From a virus: a DNA stretch of 48,031 bases. Shown here piece by piece: positions 7,269 through 16,610 of this stretch. Positions within the stretch are counted from its first letter, which is position 1. Each line of letters begins with the position of its first letter. Location of the stretch: the IMG/VR virus record IMGVR_UViG_3300009702_000002, positions 1 through 48,031 of that record. One strand, given 5' to 3'. The notes under the pieces are model-generated. The model made no database searches, was not told the origin of the DNA, and was given only the letters and a program-made list of their open reading frames with translations. Both the position numbers and the translations under genes were made by a program.

Positions 7269-8804
7269 ATGCCTTTAACCGCAGCAGCTATTGAAGGTTT
7301 TACTAAATCCGTTCTAGGGGCAAGATACGATGACCCAAAGCCAATTCCAGAACATCATAGAGAGATGTGGCGATTATGCGTCAGTGACCACCCTCAAGTA
7401 GCCATTGCAAGTCCACGGGGTAGCGCAAAATCGACAGCTATCACTTTTGCTTACATTCTTGCGTCAGTCTTATTTAAGGAACATCAGCATGTACTCATCA
7501 TATCAGCTAATGAAGAACTTGCTTCGGGCTTCCTTAACGACATAAAAATTGAGCTTCAAGAAAATGAACTCATTGGTGAACTCTTTGGTTTTAAACGTTT
7601 CATTAAAGAACGTGAAACTGAAATTATTGTCGAGCTTGATGAAGGTTATCGCTTTCGAATTATTGTCAAGGGTGCTGAACAACGAATGCGGGGTCTTAAA
7701 TGGGAACGAAAAAGACCTTCATTAGTAGTACCTGATGATTTGGAAGACGAAGAATTGGTTGCTTCAGAAATGCGCCGTGAAAAGTTTAGGCGTTGGTTTT
7801 ATGGTGCGGTTAAACCTATTTTAAGGGACGGTGGAAAAATTCGCATGGTTGGAACCATCATGCACATGGATTCATTATTGAATCGTTTCATGCCACCACC
7901 GAAGTCTGGTTTTACTGTTGAAACACCATTAATGCGGTATACCGAACAAGATGTTAAAAAACAAAAAGAATTAAAACCAAATTACGATGGTGACACACCT
8001 CACCGTTCATGGCATAGCGTTTTATTTAGAGCGCACGATGTTGATTTTAGGAATTTGCTTTGGCCTGAGATGTACGCCGAAGCACGTTTGAGAATGATAC
8101 GTCAGGATTTTGCCGAACAAGGCATGTTGGATATTTATTCTCAGGAATATTTAAACAATCCAATTGATCCAGCGAAAGCGTATTTTAGAAAAAGTGACTT
8201 CCTTCCAATGGAGCAAGGTGATCATGAGATTCGCAAAACGTATTATGCTGCGGCTGATTTGGCAATTACACAAACAAAACGATCTGCTTATTCTGCTATG
8301 CCTGTGGGGGGCATGGATTGTGATCGTAGGTTATACATTACAGATATGCGGCGCGGTCGCTTGGACTCCCTTGAGATAGCGGAAGAAATTTTTTCCATTC
8401 ATGCAAGGTGGGATATTGCTATCTTTAGAATGGAGTCTGAAAATATTCAAAAATCCATTGGTCCTTTTTTATATGACCGAATGAACCGTACTGGCACGTA
8501 TCTTAATATCGATGCCAAACCTCCAACGAAAGACAAAGAATCACGCGCACAAACACTTCGCGCCATGATGCGTTCAGGTCAAGTTTTATTTGATAAGGAA
8601 GCAGAATGGTATCCCGATCTCGAAGAGGAACTTTTACATTTCCCAAAATGGACAACTTGTGATCAAGTTGATGCCTTGGCTTGGTTAGCTTTGTTGGTTA
8701 ACGAAATGATTGAAGCGCCCACCAGGGAGGAATGGGATGAAGAAGAATGGGAACGTGAACATGATGACTTTAACTATGGCGCTAGTGCTATAACGGGATA
8801 CTAA
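7269..8804 (+). CDS. terL: Terminase large subunit
   Basis: 511 aa. Walker A-like SPRGSAKST, Walker B-like LVVPDDLEDEE, and a C-terminal nuclease-type half. Immediately upstream of the portal gene (TAATG overlap). Confidence 0.9.
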   Translation: MPLTAAAIEGFTKSVLGARYDDPKPIPEHHREMWRLCVSDHPQVAIASPRGSAKSTAITFAYILASVLFKEHQHVLIISANEELASGFLNDIKIELQENELIGELFGFKRFIKERETEIIVELDEGYRFRIIVKGAEQRMRGLKWERKRPSLVVPDDLEDEELVASEMRREKFRRWFYGAVKPILRDGGKIRMVGTIMHMDSLLNRFMPPPKSGFTVETPLMRYTEQDVKKQKELKPNYDGDTPHRSWHSVLFRAHDVDFRNLLWPEMYAEARLRMIRQDFAEQGMLDIYSQEYLNNPIDPAKAYFRKSDFLPMEQGDHEIRKTYYAAADLAITQTKRSAYSAMPVGGMDCDRRLYITDMRRGRLDSLEIAEEIFSIHARWDIAIFRMESENIQKSIGPFLYDRMNRTGTYLNIDAKPPTKDKESRAQTLRAMMRSGQVLFDKEAEWYPDLEEELLHFPKWTTCDQVDALAWLALLVNEMIEAPTREEWDEEEWEREHDDFNYGASAITGY

Positions 8805-10825
8805 TGGGATTTAAGTGGTTAGAAAAAGTTGTTGATCTGGATAATATTGCGCCTGAGCTGACTGAGCAAAAATTAACAGACATAGCAAGCAAAGTGTACG
8901 ATGGTTACACTGACGATAAGGAATCTCGCGTCGGTTGGGAAAAGCAGCAAGAAGATTATATGCGTCTTGCACTTCAAGTAGTAGAAGTTAAAAATACGCC
9001 TTGGCCCAATGCTGCGAATGTAAAATATCCCTTATTGACAACAGCTACAATGCAATTTGGCGCACGATCTTATCCTGGCTTAGTTGGAAGTGCGAATGTT
9101 GCTAAAGGTAAAGTAACCGGCTTTGATGAGACTGGCGAGAAAGCAAAAAGCGCCCAAAGAATCGGGCTACACATGTCCTATCAACTTCTTGAGGAAATGG
9201 AAGAGTGGGAAGATGACATGGATAAGCTTTGCATCTCCATTCCTATTGTTGGCTGCATGTTTAAAAAATCTTACTTCTCACCAGGTAAGAATCGAAACGT
9301 TAGTGAATTAATTTATCCAAAACATTTAGTAATAAATTACTGGACTAAAAACCTTGTTGATGCACCAAGAATCACCCATGAGATACAACTTCAAGACAAT
9401 GATATTGTTGAGCGAATTAATTCAGGTTTGTTTATTGATCAAGCCTATTCTCAAGAAACACTAGAAGAAGATATTGTTTCTAATGAAATTCACGGCACAC
9501 ATCAACCAGCCGAAGATGAAACGACTCCGAATTTATTTTTAGAGCAGCATCTTTGGTTAGATCTGGATGACGACGGATACAAGGAGCCTTACATTGTTAC
9601 TTATGGCGGGGGGAAGGTGGCTCGCATTGTGGCGGCGTTTGATCTCGAAGGTGTCAGTGTCAGAGGGGATAAAGTTGTTCACATTAAGCGTATTGATTAT
9701 TTTACTAAGTATGGCTTTGTTCCTAATCCTGACGGGTCTTTTTATGATATTGGTTTCGGCTTATTACTGGGACCTATTAATGAAACGATTAACACTACGT
9801 TAAATCAATTGCTCGATGCGGGGACAATGAGCAATCGTTCGGCTGGCTTCTTGGGTCGTGGCGCACGACTTAAAGGTGGTGAACATTCTTTTAATCCGTT
9901 TGAGTGGAAACAAGTTTTATCAACAGGTGATGACTTACGAAAATCAATCGTGCCATTACCCGTTCGTGAACCGTCGAATGTTTTATTTCAATTACTTGGT
10001 TTAATGATTGAGTCTGGTAAGGAGTTGTCTAACACTGTTCCGATGTTATTAGGGCAAAACCCTGGACAAAATCAACCGGCAACGACTTCAATGGCGGTTA
10101 TTGATCAAGGGTTGAAAGTTTACTCTTCAATATTAAAACGTTTACACCGCTCATTGAAAAAAGAATTAAAGAAATTAAAAAGATTAAACAGACTTTACTT
10201 ACCAGCACAAACCTATTTTCAAATTCTTGATCCAAAGTTAGCTGAAGGTCAAACACCATCTTTTGTTTTACAACAAGATTACCACGATGATGTTACGGCG
10301 GTAATTCCTTATTCTGATCCGTCCATCGTGTCTGAAGTGCAGCGCATGATTAAAGCGCAACAAATTTCAGAAATGATGGCGCAAGGGTTAATTCCAAATC
10401 AAGCGGCGGCGGCTAAAATTGTTCTAGAAGCAATGGATATTCCTAATTTAGATGAATTATTAACACCTCCACAACCTGAACCTAATCCAGAACAACAACA
10501 AAACCAAATTGAATTTGAACACAAGAAACAAATTGAAATTGCACGTTTAGAATTGGATCGTGATCGTTTCGACTTAGAAAAAGAACGTTTAGAAACATCA
10601 AAAATTAAAGATAAAACAATCGGTATCTTGAACCTTGCTAAAGCTGAAGCGGCTGAAGAAGGGAAGCAATTAGATGGTTACATGAGACAAATCGATGCGG
10701 CTGTTGAAGCTGAAGAACGAGAAATGAAACGTGAAGAAATGCAAATGAAGAAACAGCAAATGCAACAACAAATGCAACAACAGACTCAACAAGCACAACA
10801 AGGCAAAATGAATGACCAAGGATGA
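8804..10825 (+). CDS. Portal protein
   Basis: 673 aa directly after TerL. Q/E-rich coiled-coil C-terminus. Confidence 0.8.
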   Translation: MGFKWLEKVVDLDNIAPELTEQKLTDIASKVYDGYTDDKESRVGWEKQQEDYMRLALQVVEVKNTPWPNAANVKYPLLTTATMQFGARSYPGLVGSANVAKGKVTGFDETGEKAKSAQRIGLHMSYQLLEEMEEWEDDMDKLCISIPIVGCMFKKSYFSPGKNRNVSELIYPKHLVINYWTKNLVDAPRITHEIQLQDNDIVERINSGLFIDQAYSQETLEEDIVSNEIHGTHQPAEDETTPNLFLEQHLWLDLDDDGYKEPYIVTYGGGKVARIVAAFDLEGVSVRGDKVVHIKRIDYFTKYGFVPNPDGSFYDIGFGLLLGPINETINTTLNQLLDAGTMSNRSAGFLGRGARLKGGEHSFNPFEWKQVLSTGDDLRKSIVPLPVREPSNVLFQLLGLMIESGKELSNTVPMLLGQNPGQNQPATTSMAVIDQGLKVYSSILKRLHRSLKKELKKLKRLNRLYLPAQTYFQILDPKLAEGQTPSFVLQQDYHDDVTAVIPYSDPSIVSEVQRMIKAQQISEMMAQGLIPNQAAAAKIVLEAMDIPNLDELLTPPQPEPNPEQQQNQIEFEHKKQIEIARLELDRDRFDLEKERLETSKIKDKTIGILNLAKAEAAEEGKQLDGYMRQIDAAVEAEEREMKREEMQMKKQQMQQQMQQQTQQAQQGKMNDQG

Positions 10826-11039
10826 ATTTGAAGATTGGGTCAATGATCCTGTCACGAAAGAGTTTAGAAAATATTTAAGTGATTCGGCAGACGAAGAAGC
10901 TGAAATTTTAAAAGAGACAATTATAACCGGCAATATCGTTCCTGAAGTAGATCAGTATCGTATTGTTATTATGAATCAATTGTTTCGACGAATTATTGAA
11001 GTCGATTATGAAGAGATAGAAGACTTTTATAAAAGTTAA
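10812..11039 (+). CDS. Hypothetical acidic head-module protein (75 aa)
   Basis: ORF track. Overlaps the end of the portal gene. Confidence 0.55.
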   Translation: MTKDEFEDWVNDPVTKEFRKYLSDSADEEAEILKETIITGNIVPEVDQYRIVIMNQLFRRIIEVDYEEIEDFYKS

Positions 11040-11060
11040 AGTAATTGAGATTTAGAACCG

Positions 11061-11081
11061 AACCGGCTTATGCCGGTTTTT
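11061..11081 (+). terminator. Intrinsic terminator-like hairpin inside the late operon
   Basis: AACCGGC-TTAT-GCCGGTT followed by TTT, between the 75-aa gene and the GroES-like gene. Confidence 0.6.
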
Positions 11082-11094
11082 ATGGAGAAAATAA

Positions 11095-11433
11095 ATGATA
11101 GAAGCGTTAGGTAATCGAGTAATCATTAAACCGGATGACATTGAAGAGGTGACAGCCGGTGGAATTGTTATTGCTCAAACAGCAAATTATATACGAGATG
11201 AAAAGGCAGCAACAACAACCGGTATCGTTATAGGTTATGGTCCGGCAGCCTGGCTTGATCCAATTATGGGTGGAGAACCTTGGGTTGATATAGGTGATCG
11301 TATTGTTTACTCGCGCTACGCGGGGAAGTTCGTTATTGATCCAGACAGCGAAGAAGAGTTTGTCGTAATCAATGACGATGCTATTCAAGCTCGTGTTATC
11401 AAAACACCAGAAGTCGTAGGAGAAGCAGCATGA
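11095..11433 (+). CDS. GroES-like co-chaperonin (Cpn10 family)
   Basis: 112 aa. Aligns by eye to E. coli GroES: LGNRVIIKP..EEVTAGGIVI (mobile-loop region), GIVIGYGP, VDIGDRIVYSRYAG, EEFVVINDDAIQARV. Confidence 0.75.
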   Translation: MIEALGNRVIIKPDDIEEVTAGGIVIAQTANYIRDEKAATTTGIVIGYGPAAWLDPIMGGEPWVDIGDRIVYSRYAGKFVIDPDSEEEFVVINDDAIQARVIKTPEVVGEAA

Positions 11434-12155
11434 CAGATACCCCAGAAGATATTGCCGCAGCCGAAGCAGAAGGTTGGCAAGCCGATTATGATGGAGAGAA
11501 CCCTAAAACGGCAAAAGAGTTTTTGCACGATGGTTCGTTTTTTAAAAAGATTGACGAATTAAAAGTAGAAAATAAACAGCTTAAAGATTCAATGAATCAG
11601 CTTAGTGGTCATTATGAGAAAGTTGTCGCGTCAGAACGCAAGAAAGCTGAGGTTGAATACGAACGTCGAATTAATGAATTAAAAGCAGCCAAAGTTGAAG
11701 CTTTAGATGAAGGTGATAACAAACGTGTTGTTGATATTGATGAAGAAATTCGTACCACCGCAAAGCCGCAAGATGAACCCATTGCAAATGAATCGTTTGA
11801 AACCTGGGTTAAAGATAACTCTTGGTATAATGACGATCCTTTCTTACAAATTGAAGCCGATAAGTACGGTGATTTGTATTATAGCAAAGGGTTTCGCGGT
11901 CGTGAGTTGTATGACGCGGTTGGCAATCACGTTAAAGAAGCTCATCAAGATAAATTTACCAATGCTAAACGCAATAAAGCCCCGTCAGTTGAAGGTGGTT
12001 CAAACCTTCCGACAGGCACACCAAAAGGCAAAATTACTGAAAAAGATCTCGAACCAAATGAACGGGAAGTTTTTCGTAATTTTAAACACATGAATATTTT
12101 CAAGAATAAAGACGACGAGCAAAAATATTTGCGCCAAGTCATTGAGGTTAGATAA
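11430..12155 (+). CDS. Scaffolding-like coiled-coil protein
   Basis: 241 aa. Charged heptad-rich. Lies between portal and capsid genes. Confidence 0.55.
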   Translation: MTDTPEDIAAAEAEGWQADYDGENPKTAKEFLHDGSFFKKIDELKVENKQLKDSMNQLSGHYEKVVASERKKAEVEYERRINELKAAKVEALDEGDNKRVVDIDEEIRTTAKPQDEPIANESFETWVKDNSWYNDDPFLQIEADKYGDLYYSKGFRGRELYDAVGNHVKEAHQDKFTNAKRNKAPSVEGGSNLPTGTPKGKITEKDLEPNEREVFRNFKHMNIFKNKDDEQKYLRQVIEVR

Positions 12156-12635
12156 ATGGCACGAGAATGGACCAAAGAACAGAAACAAGCCGCAAGTGAT
12201 CGCATGAAAGAACGTCATTCACAACAGAAGTCGAGTGAGGTTAAAAAAGCCATGCGTATTCCAATGGGTAGTAGGAGAAACTTAACGTCTGTGAATGATA
12301 CACCTGAAGGTTATGTTGACCGATGGGTGAATGATATAGCAGGTCGAATTACGAGAATCAAGCAAGCGGGGTACGAGCATGTGCAAGCCGCAAGCGTAGG
12401 GGATTCCAGTGTTGACGGAACACACTCTGAAGATGGGGTGGTTTCGCGTGATATGGGTCAAGGTGTAACAGCATATTTAATGCGACAGCGGCGTGAGTAT
12501 TTTGAAGAAGATCAAGCCGAAAAGCAGAAAATAGTTGATGAGTCTGAAGACTCCATTCGCCGGAATCCAAATGATAATCGGAATGACGGCTACTACGGTA
12601 GTGTTTCTATCGGTCGCCCTAATTCCAAACCATAA
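12156..12635 (+). CDS. Hypothetical head-module protein (159 aa)
   Basis: ORF track. Basic N-terminus. Assigned by position. Confidence 0.55.
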   Translation: MAREWTKEQKQAASDRMKERHSQQKSSEVKKAMRIPMGSRRNLTSVNDTPEGYVDRWVNDIAGRITRIKQAGYEHVQAASVGDSSVDGTHSEDGVVSRDMGQGVTAYLMRQRREYFEEDQAEKQKIVDESEDSIRRNPNDNRNDGYYGSVSIGRPNSKP

Positions 12636-12647
12636 GGAATATTAAAA

Positions 12648-13208
12648 ATGGCTAATCCAGATCGTCCAAGAGGCTTTACTCCGATCAAAATGTTATCGGG
12701 CGCACCTTGGGCTGGCAATGTACGTTCTGTAGGGGTCACTGATGGTGCAGATATGTTTATTGGTGATCTTATTTCATTAACTTCTAACCTTGGCGCGGTA
12801 GCAGCAACTAATGATGCTACTTTCTTAGGCGTTGCGGTTGGTTTTGGTAAAAAAGATGCCGCGAGTGGTCAGTTCGCAAGTGCTTACAACCCGTCTAGTC
12901 TTGAAACGTTGTATTACGATGATAGTGCTTCAACTCATACTGACTGGCGTGTTTTTTATGTGCCGGTTGACGACATGATTTTTGAAGTTCAATCAAATGC
13001 TGATTTAGATGCAGCTATCGGCGATCCCGTCGATTTAGTGGCAACAGCAGGTTCTACAACAACTGGTCGTTCTCAACAAGAAGTCGGAGCGAATACGAAT
13101 ACCGACATGCACATCGTTGAGATACCAGCTTATTCCGATAACGATTCAACATTAGCGAATACACGTTATTGGGTAACTATAACTAAAGCCGAAATGGTCT
13201 TTCAATAA
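12648..13208 (+). CDS. Possible head decoration/cement protein
   Basis: 186 aa. Immediately upstream of the major capsid gene. Strong AAGGAA SD. Assigned by position only. Confidence 0.4.
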   Translation: MANPDRPRGFTPIKMLSGAPWAGNVRSVGVTDGADMFIGDLISLTSNLGAVAATNDATFLGVAVGFGKKDAASGQFASAYNPSSLETLYYDDSASTHTDWRVFYVPVDDMIFEVQSNADLDAAIGDPVDLVATAGSTTTGRSQQEVGANTNTDMHIVEIPAYSDNDSTLANTRYWVTITKAEMVFQ

Positions 13209-13221
13209 GGAGTAATAATTT

Positions 13222-14148
13222 ATGCCTATTACTACTGGCAATTTTGCCAAATTATTATGGCCTGGTCTTAATACGATCTATGGCATTAGTTACAACGAGT
13301 ACCCGTTAGAATGTGCTCAAATTTTTGAAACTAAAACTTCGCGTAAAGCATTTGAAGAAGATGTGGGCGTAACCGGTTTTGGGTTAGCTGCGGTAAAAAC
13401 TGAAGGTAATGCAATTGGTTATGATACCGAACAACAAGGTTTCTTAACTCGCTACAACCATGTGGTATACGCATTGGGATTCATCATTACTGAAGAAATG
13501 ATCGATGATGATCAATACGATACTGTCGGTCAACGGCGTACTAAAGGTCTTGCCTATTCAGGACGTGTCACCAAAGAGATTGTTGCTGCAAACGTGTTAA
13601 ATCGTGCGTTCAACACTTCTTATGTTGGTGGTGATGCTGCGACTTTAATTGCGTCAGCCGGTGGTGGTGGTAGCACAACTCACCCTAATGTATCTGGAGG
13701 AACATGGAGTAATGGTCCAGCTACCGCCGCTGATTTATCAGAAGATGCATTAGAGCAAGGTGTTATCGATATCGGTAATTTCCTCGATGATCGTGGTAAA
13801 CAAATGCGCGTTATGCCTAGAAAATTGATTGTTAAAAATGACAATCAGTTTAATGCAGAGCGTATTTTAAAATCACAACTTCGAGTAAATACTGCTGATA
13901 ATGATTTGAATGCAATGAAAACAATGGGTTCGATTCCAGAAATCGTTGTTAATCATTATCTAACTGATCTCGATGCTTGGTTCATTCAAACTGATTGCCC
14001 TAATGGGATGACAAACTACCAACGTAAAGATGCGAAGTTTGCTATTGATAACGATTTTGATACTTCAAACGCTAAGTTTAAGTATACAGAACGTTATTCC
14101 TTTGGTTGGACTGATCCTCGTTCCATGTATGGATCACCTGGTATCTAG
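13222..14148 (+). CDS. Major capsid protein (HK97-fold type)
   Basis: 308 aa. AAGGAG SD. N-terminal FAKLLWPGLN... and YALGFIITEEMIDD resemble podovirus HK97-fold capsid proteins. Followed by an 11-bp stem-loop. Confidence 0.8.
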   Translation: MPITTGNFAKLLWPGLNTIYGISYNEYPLECAQIFETKTSRKAFEEDVGVTGFGLAAVKTEGNAIGYDTEQQGFLTRYNHVVYALGFIITEEMIDDDQYDTVGQRRTKGLAYSGRVTKEIVAANVLNRAFNTSYVGGDAATLIASAGGGGSTTHPNVSGGTWSNGPATAADLSEDALEQGVIDIGNFLDDRGKQMRVMPRKLIVKNDNQFNAERILKSQLRVNTADNDLNAMKTMGSIPEIVVNHYLTDLDAWFIQTDCPNGMTNYQRKDAKFAIDNDFDTSNAKFKYTERYSFGWTDPRSMYGSPGI

Positions 14149-14155
14149 TAGAAAC

Positions 14156-14191
14156 TTTGTGGAGTGTAGATTGCATTTTACGCTCCACAAA
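14156..14191 (+). terminator. Stem-loop downstream of the capsid gene (attenuator or mRNA stabiliser; no U-tract)
   Basis: TTTGTGGAGTG-14 nt-CGCTCCACAAA, 11 bp with one G-U pair. Confidence 0.4.
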
Positions 14192-14250
14192 CTCTTATAG
14201 ATCGCTGAAAGACGCGAGTTGACTCCCTTGCAAGGGAAGGAATAAATAAT

Positions 14251-14688
14251 ATGTCTATTTCACATTTTTCGGGTCCTATCGCCGTTGGCGCGGGTTCCTA
14301 TGAATCATTAATTACTACCAAAGCCTTAGATAAAGACGATAATGGCAAAACATTTGGTTTAAATCTTGCCGGTGGGTTTACAGTGACTTTACCACGGGTT
14401 GCTGATGTGACTGCGGGATGGAAGGTTCGTTTCCGTGTTGAAACTGCACCAACCACAGCATATATCATTACTGAAAACGCGACTTATGATACCAACATTG
14501 TCTTAGGTAGCATTAACACTAGTACCGGTCAAACATCGGCGGCAGATTTTGAAACGTCAGGTGGAACCTTTGTTAACTTTGTGGCTTCGGCGGCAGCGGT
14601 GGGTGACTGGGTTACAGTTGAAACTAATGGCACAAATTGGTTCGCTTATGGTCAATGCACTATCGTCACTGGTATCACGATTACGTAA
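14251..14688 (+). CDS. Hypothetical virion-module protein (145 aa)
   Basis: ORF track. Confidence 0.6.
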   Translation: MSISHFSGPIAVGAGSYESLITTKALDKDDNGKTFGLNLAGGFTVTLPRVADVTAGWKVRFRVETAPTTAYIITENATYDTNIVLGSINTSTGQTSAADFETSGGTFVNFVASAAAVGDWVTVETNGTNWFAYGQCTIVTGITIT

Positions 14689-14692
14689 TCTT

Positions 14693-14971
14693 ATGAAAGG
14701 CACTTTTTTTAAAAAGGGTCAATGGAATGGTATCTGTGATCGTTGTGGTGAAAAACGTAAATCAGGTGACTTAAAAGAGACTTGGGATGGGCTTTATGTC
14801 TGTCCTGATACTTGCTGGGAAATTCGTCATCCACAAGATTTTTTACGTGGTGTTAAAGATGATTCCAGTGTTGCTTGGACGCGTCCTGAAGCAGCCGATT
14901 CTGAAACAGATAATTCCTCATGGGCTACTCCGACGACCGTGCCATCCGGTACGTTTGATAATTCAATTTAG
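14693..14971 (+). CDS. Cys4 zinc-ribbon virion-module protein (92 aa; trimmed)
   Basis: ICDRCGEKRK...YVCPDTCWEIRHPQD. ORF 14549..14971 trimmed to the ATG just after the upstream stop. Confidence 0.55.
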   Translation: MKGTFFKKGQWNGICDRCGEKRKSGDLKETWDGLYVCPDTCWEIRHPQDFLRGVKDDSSVAWTRPEAADSETDNSSWATPTTVPSGTFDNSI

Positions 14972-14980
14972 GAAAATCTT

Positions 14981-15304
14981 ATGTCTGTAAAATTACTGGC
15001 CGCAGCGACCGCTACGGGTACAAGTTCGACGTGGACGGTTAATAAAACGCCGCGAAATCACTCTGTACAAATAACCATTACTGGCGCACCAACAGCAGTT
15101 ACCGTTGATCTGGAAGGATCATTAGATGGATCTACTTGGGTGTCTTTGGCTTCGCACGTTATGAGCGCGGCAGAAATAACAGCAGCGCAAGCCTTATTCC
15201 ATGTTGTTGACAAACCGACTCGGCGTGTTCGTGCAAACTTAAAGGTCTTGACGGCAGGAACCTCTCCAACGGTTACGGTTATTTATACGCAGGAGGGACC
15301 ATGA
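14981..15304 (+). CDS. Hypothetical virion-module protein (107 aa)
   Basis: ORF track. Confidence 0.6.
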   Translation: MSVKLLAAATATGTSSTWTVNKTPRNHSVQITITGAPTAVTVDLEGSLDGSTWVSLASHVMSAAEITAAQALFHVVDKPTRRVRANLKVLTAGTSPTVTVIYTQEGP

Positions 15305-15651
15305 GCGAGAGTTATTCAAATGCGGGTGATAGCTATCTTGAATGGGCTGGCACGGCCGGAGCTGCCGACAATGCAGTAATCTATACATCGGGGGATATTA
15401 GCAAGTTTAATCATCATACCATTGCAGTGACCGGCACGAATTCGTCTGATGTTGAAGTAACCTTGGATGGAACAACGTGGCATGTCGCATCAGTGAAATT
15501 AATTGATGATGTAACGACGGGTGGCGGTATTCAGGTAATAACCATTCCCACTGGTAAGCTTGGAGTCTTAACGGGTAAATTTAAACAACTTCGTGTAAAA
15601 CAAGACGGGGTGACTGACTCGGACGCTTTTGGCGCTCATAGTTGGGCGTAA
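15301..15651 (+). CDS. Hypothetical virion-module protein (116 aa)
   Basis: ORF track. ATGA overlap with the upstream gene. Confidence 0.6.
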   Translation: MSESYSNAGDSYLEWAGTAGAADNAVIYTSGDISKFNHHTIAVTGTNSSDVEVTLDGTTWHVASVKLIDDVTTGGGIQVITIPTGKLGVLTGKFKQLRVKQDGVTDSDAFGAHSWA

Positions 15652-16610
15652 TGGCGTTAAGTGCATCAACTGACTATTCCAGTGACAGGGATAGTTTAAT
15701 CACACAAGCCTATCGTATTTTAGGTGCTATTCGGACTGGTGGCACGGCTACTGCCAATGAGTTGTCGGATGCAACTGTTACCTTGAATATGATGCTTAAG
15801 GCATGGCAATCTTATGGCCTTCAATTATGGGTAGTGAAACGGGCAACATTAATTCCGTCTAAAGGAACGCAATCTTATTCTTTAGGGGGAACTGGTGATC
15901 ATGTTTCTTTATCAATGAGCAAAACTGAAATGCGAGTTGCCGGTGTTGCTTCCGATACCACGCTTGAAGTTGACTCAACCTCTGGAATGACAGCAGCGGA
16001 TAATATTGGAATCGTGCTTGATGACGGCACGACACAATGGACCACCATTAGTTCGGTAACAGACTCAGACACCGTTGTTATTACGACTGGATTAACCAGT
16101 GCTGCGGCGGTTGATCAACACATTTATTGGTACACCACTAAAATTGACCGACCTCATGAATTGTTAGAAGTCTATCGTAGACAATATGACGACGTTATCG
16201 ACGTGCCGGTTATTCGATTGTCACGAACGGATTATTATACTTTATCAGATAAGGATACTGAGGGAACAATCGTTAACTTCTATTACGATCCTCAATTAAC
16301 TGATAGTGTTTTGTACGTTTGGCCGACAGCCGATTCAAACTTTGCTAATAACTATACTCTTGAGCTTTTGATCAAGAAACCATTTGATGATCTGGATTCA
16401 GCTACGGATGATTTTGAATTTCCTCAAGAGTGGTATGAGGCTATTGTTTATGGTCTTGCTGAACGCATTGCGCCGATGATCGGTTATCCAATTCAAGATA
16501 GGCAATTATTAAAAGTAGAAGCGCGGCAGTATTTAGATCTCGCGTTAACATTTGATCATGAACATACCAACATAACATTTACAGCCGATGAATCTCGACG
16601 CAGCAGTTGA
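15651..16610 (+). CDS. Putative head-tail adaptor / tail tubular protein A-like
   Basis: 319 aa from the TAATG-coupled ATG. Position equivalent to T7 gp11. Confidence 0.4.
   Translation: MALSASTDYSSDRDSLITQAYRILGAIRTGGTATANELSDATVTLNMMLKAWQSYGLQLWVVKRATLIPSKGTQSYSLGGTGDHVSLSMSKTEMRVAGVASDTTLEVDSTSGMTAADNIGIVLDDGTTQWTTISSVTDSDTVVITTGLTSAAAVDQHIYWYTTKIDRPHELLEVYRRQYDDVIDVPVIRLSRTDYYTLSDKDTEGTIVNFYYDPQLTDSVLYVWPTADSNFANNYTLELLIKKPFDDLDSATDDFEFPQEWYEAIVYGLAERIAPMIGYPIQDRQLLKVEARQYLDLALTFDHEHTNITFTADESRRSS

Noticed and set aside
11095-11433. A prohead protease at the portal-scaffold position.
   Set aside because: The sequence aligns along its length with GroES and shows no Ser/His protease signature. 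The co-chaperonin call was kept, and the alternative is flagged in the finding.
14549-14692. Programmed frameshift linking 14251..14688 to the downstream Cys4 gene, through the open +1 frame overlapping its 3' end.
   Set aside because: There is no slippery heptamer at a sensible position, and the overlap peptide is basic low-complexity sequence. The downstream gene has its own ATG 5 nt after the upstream stop.
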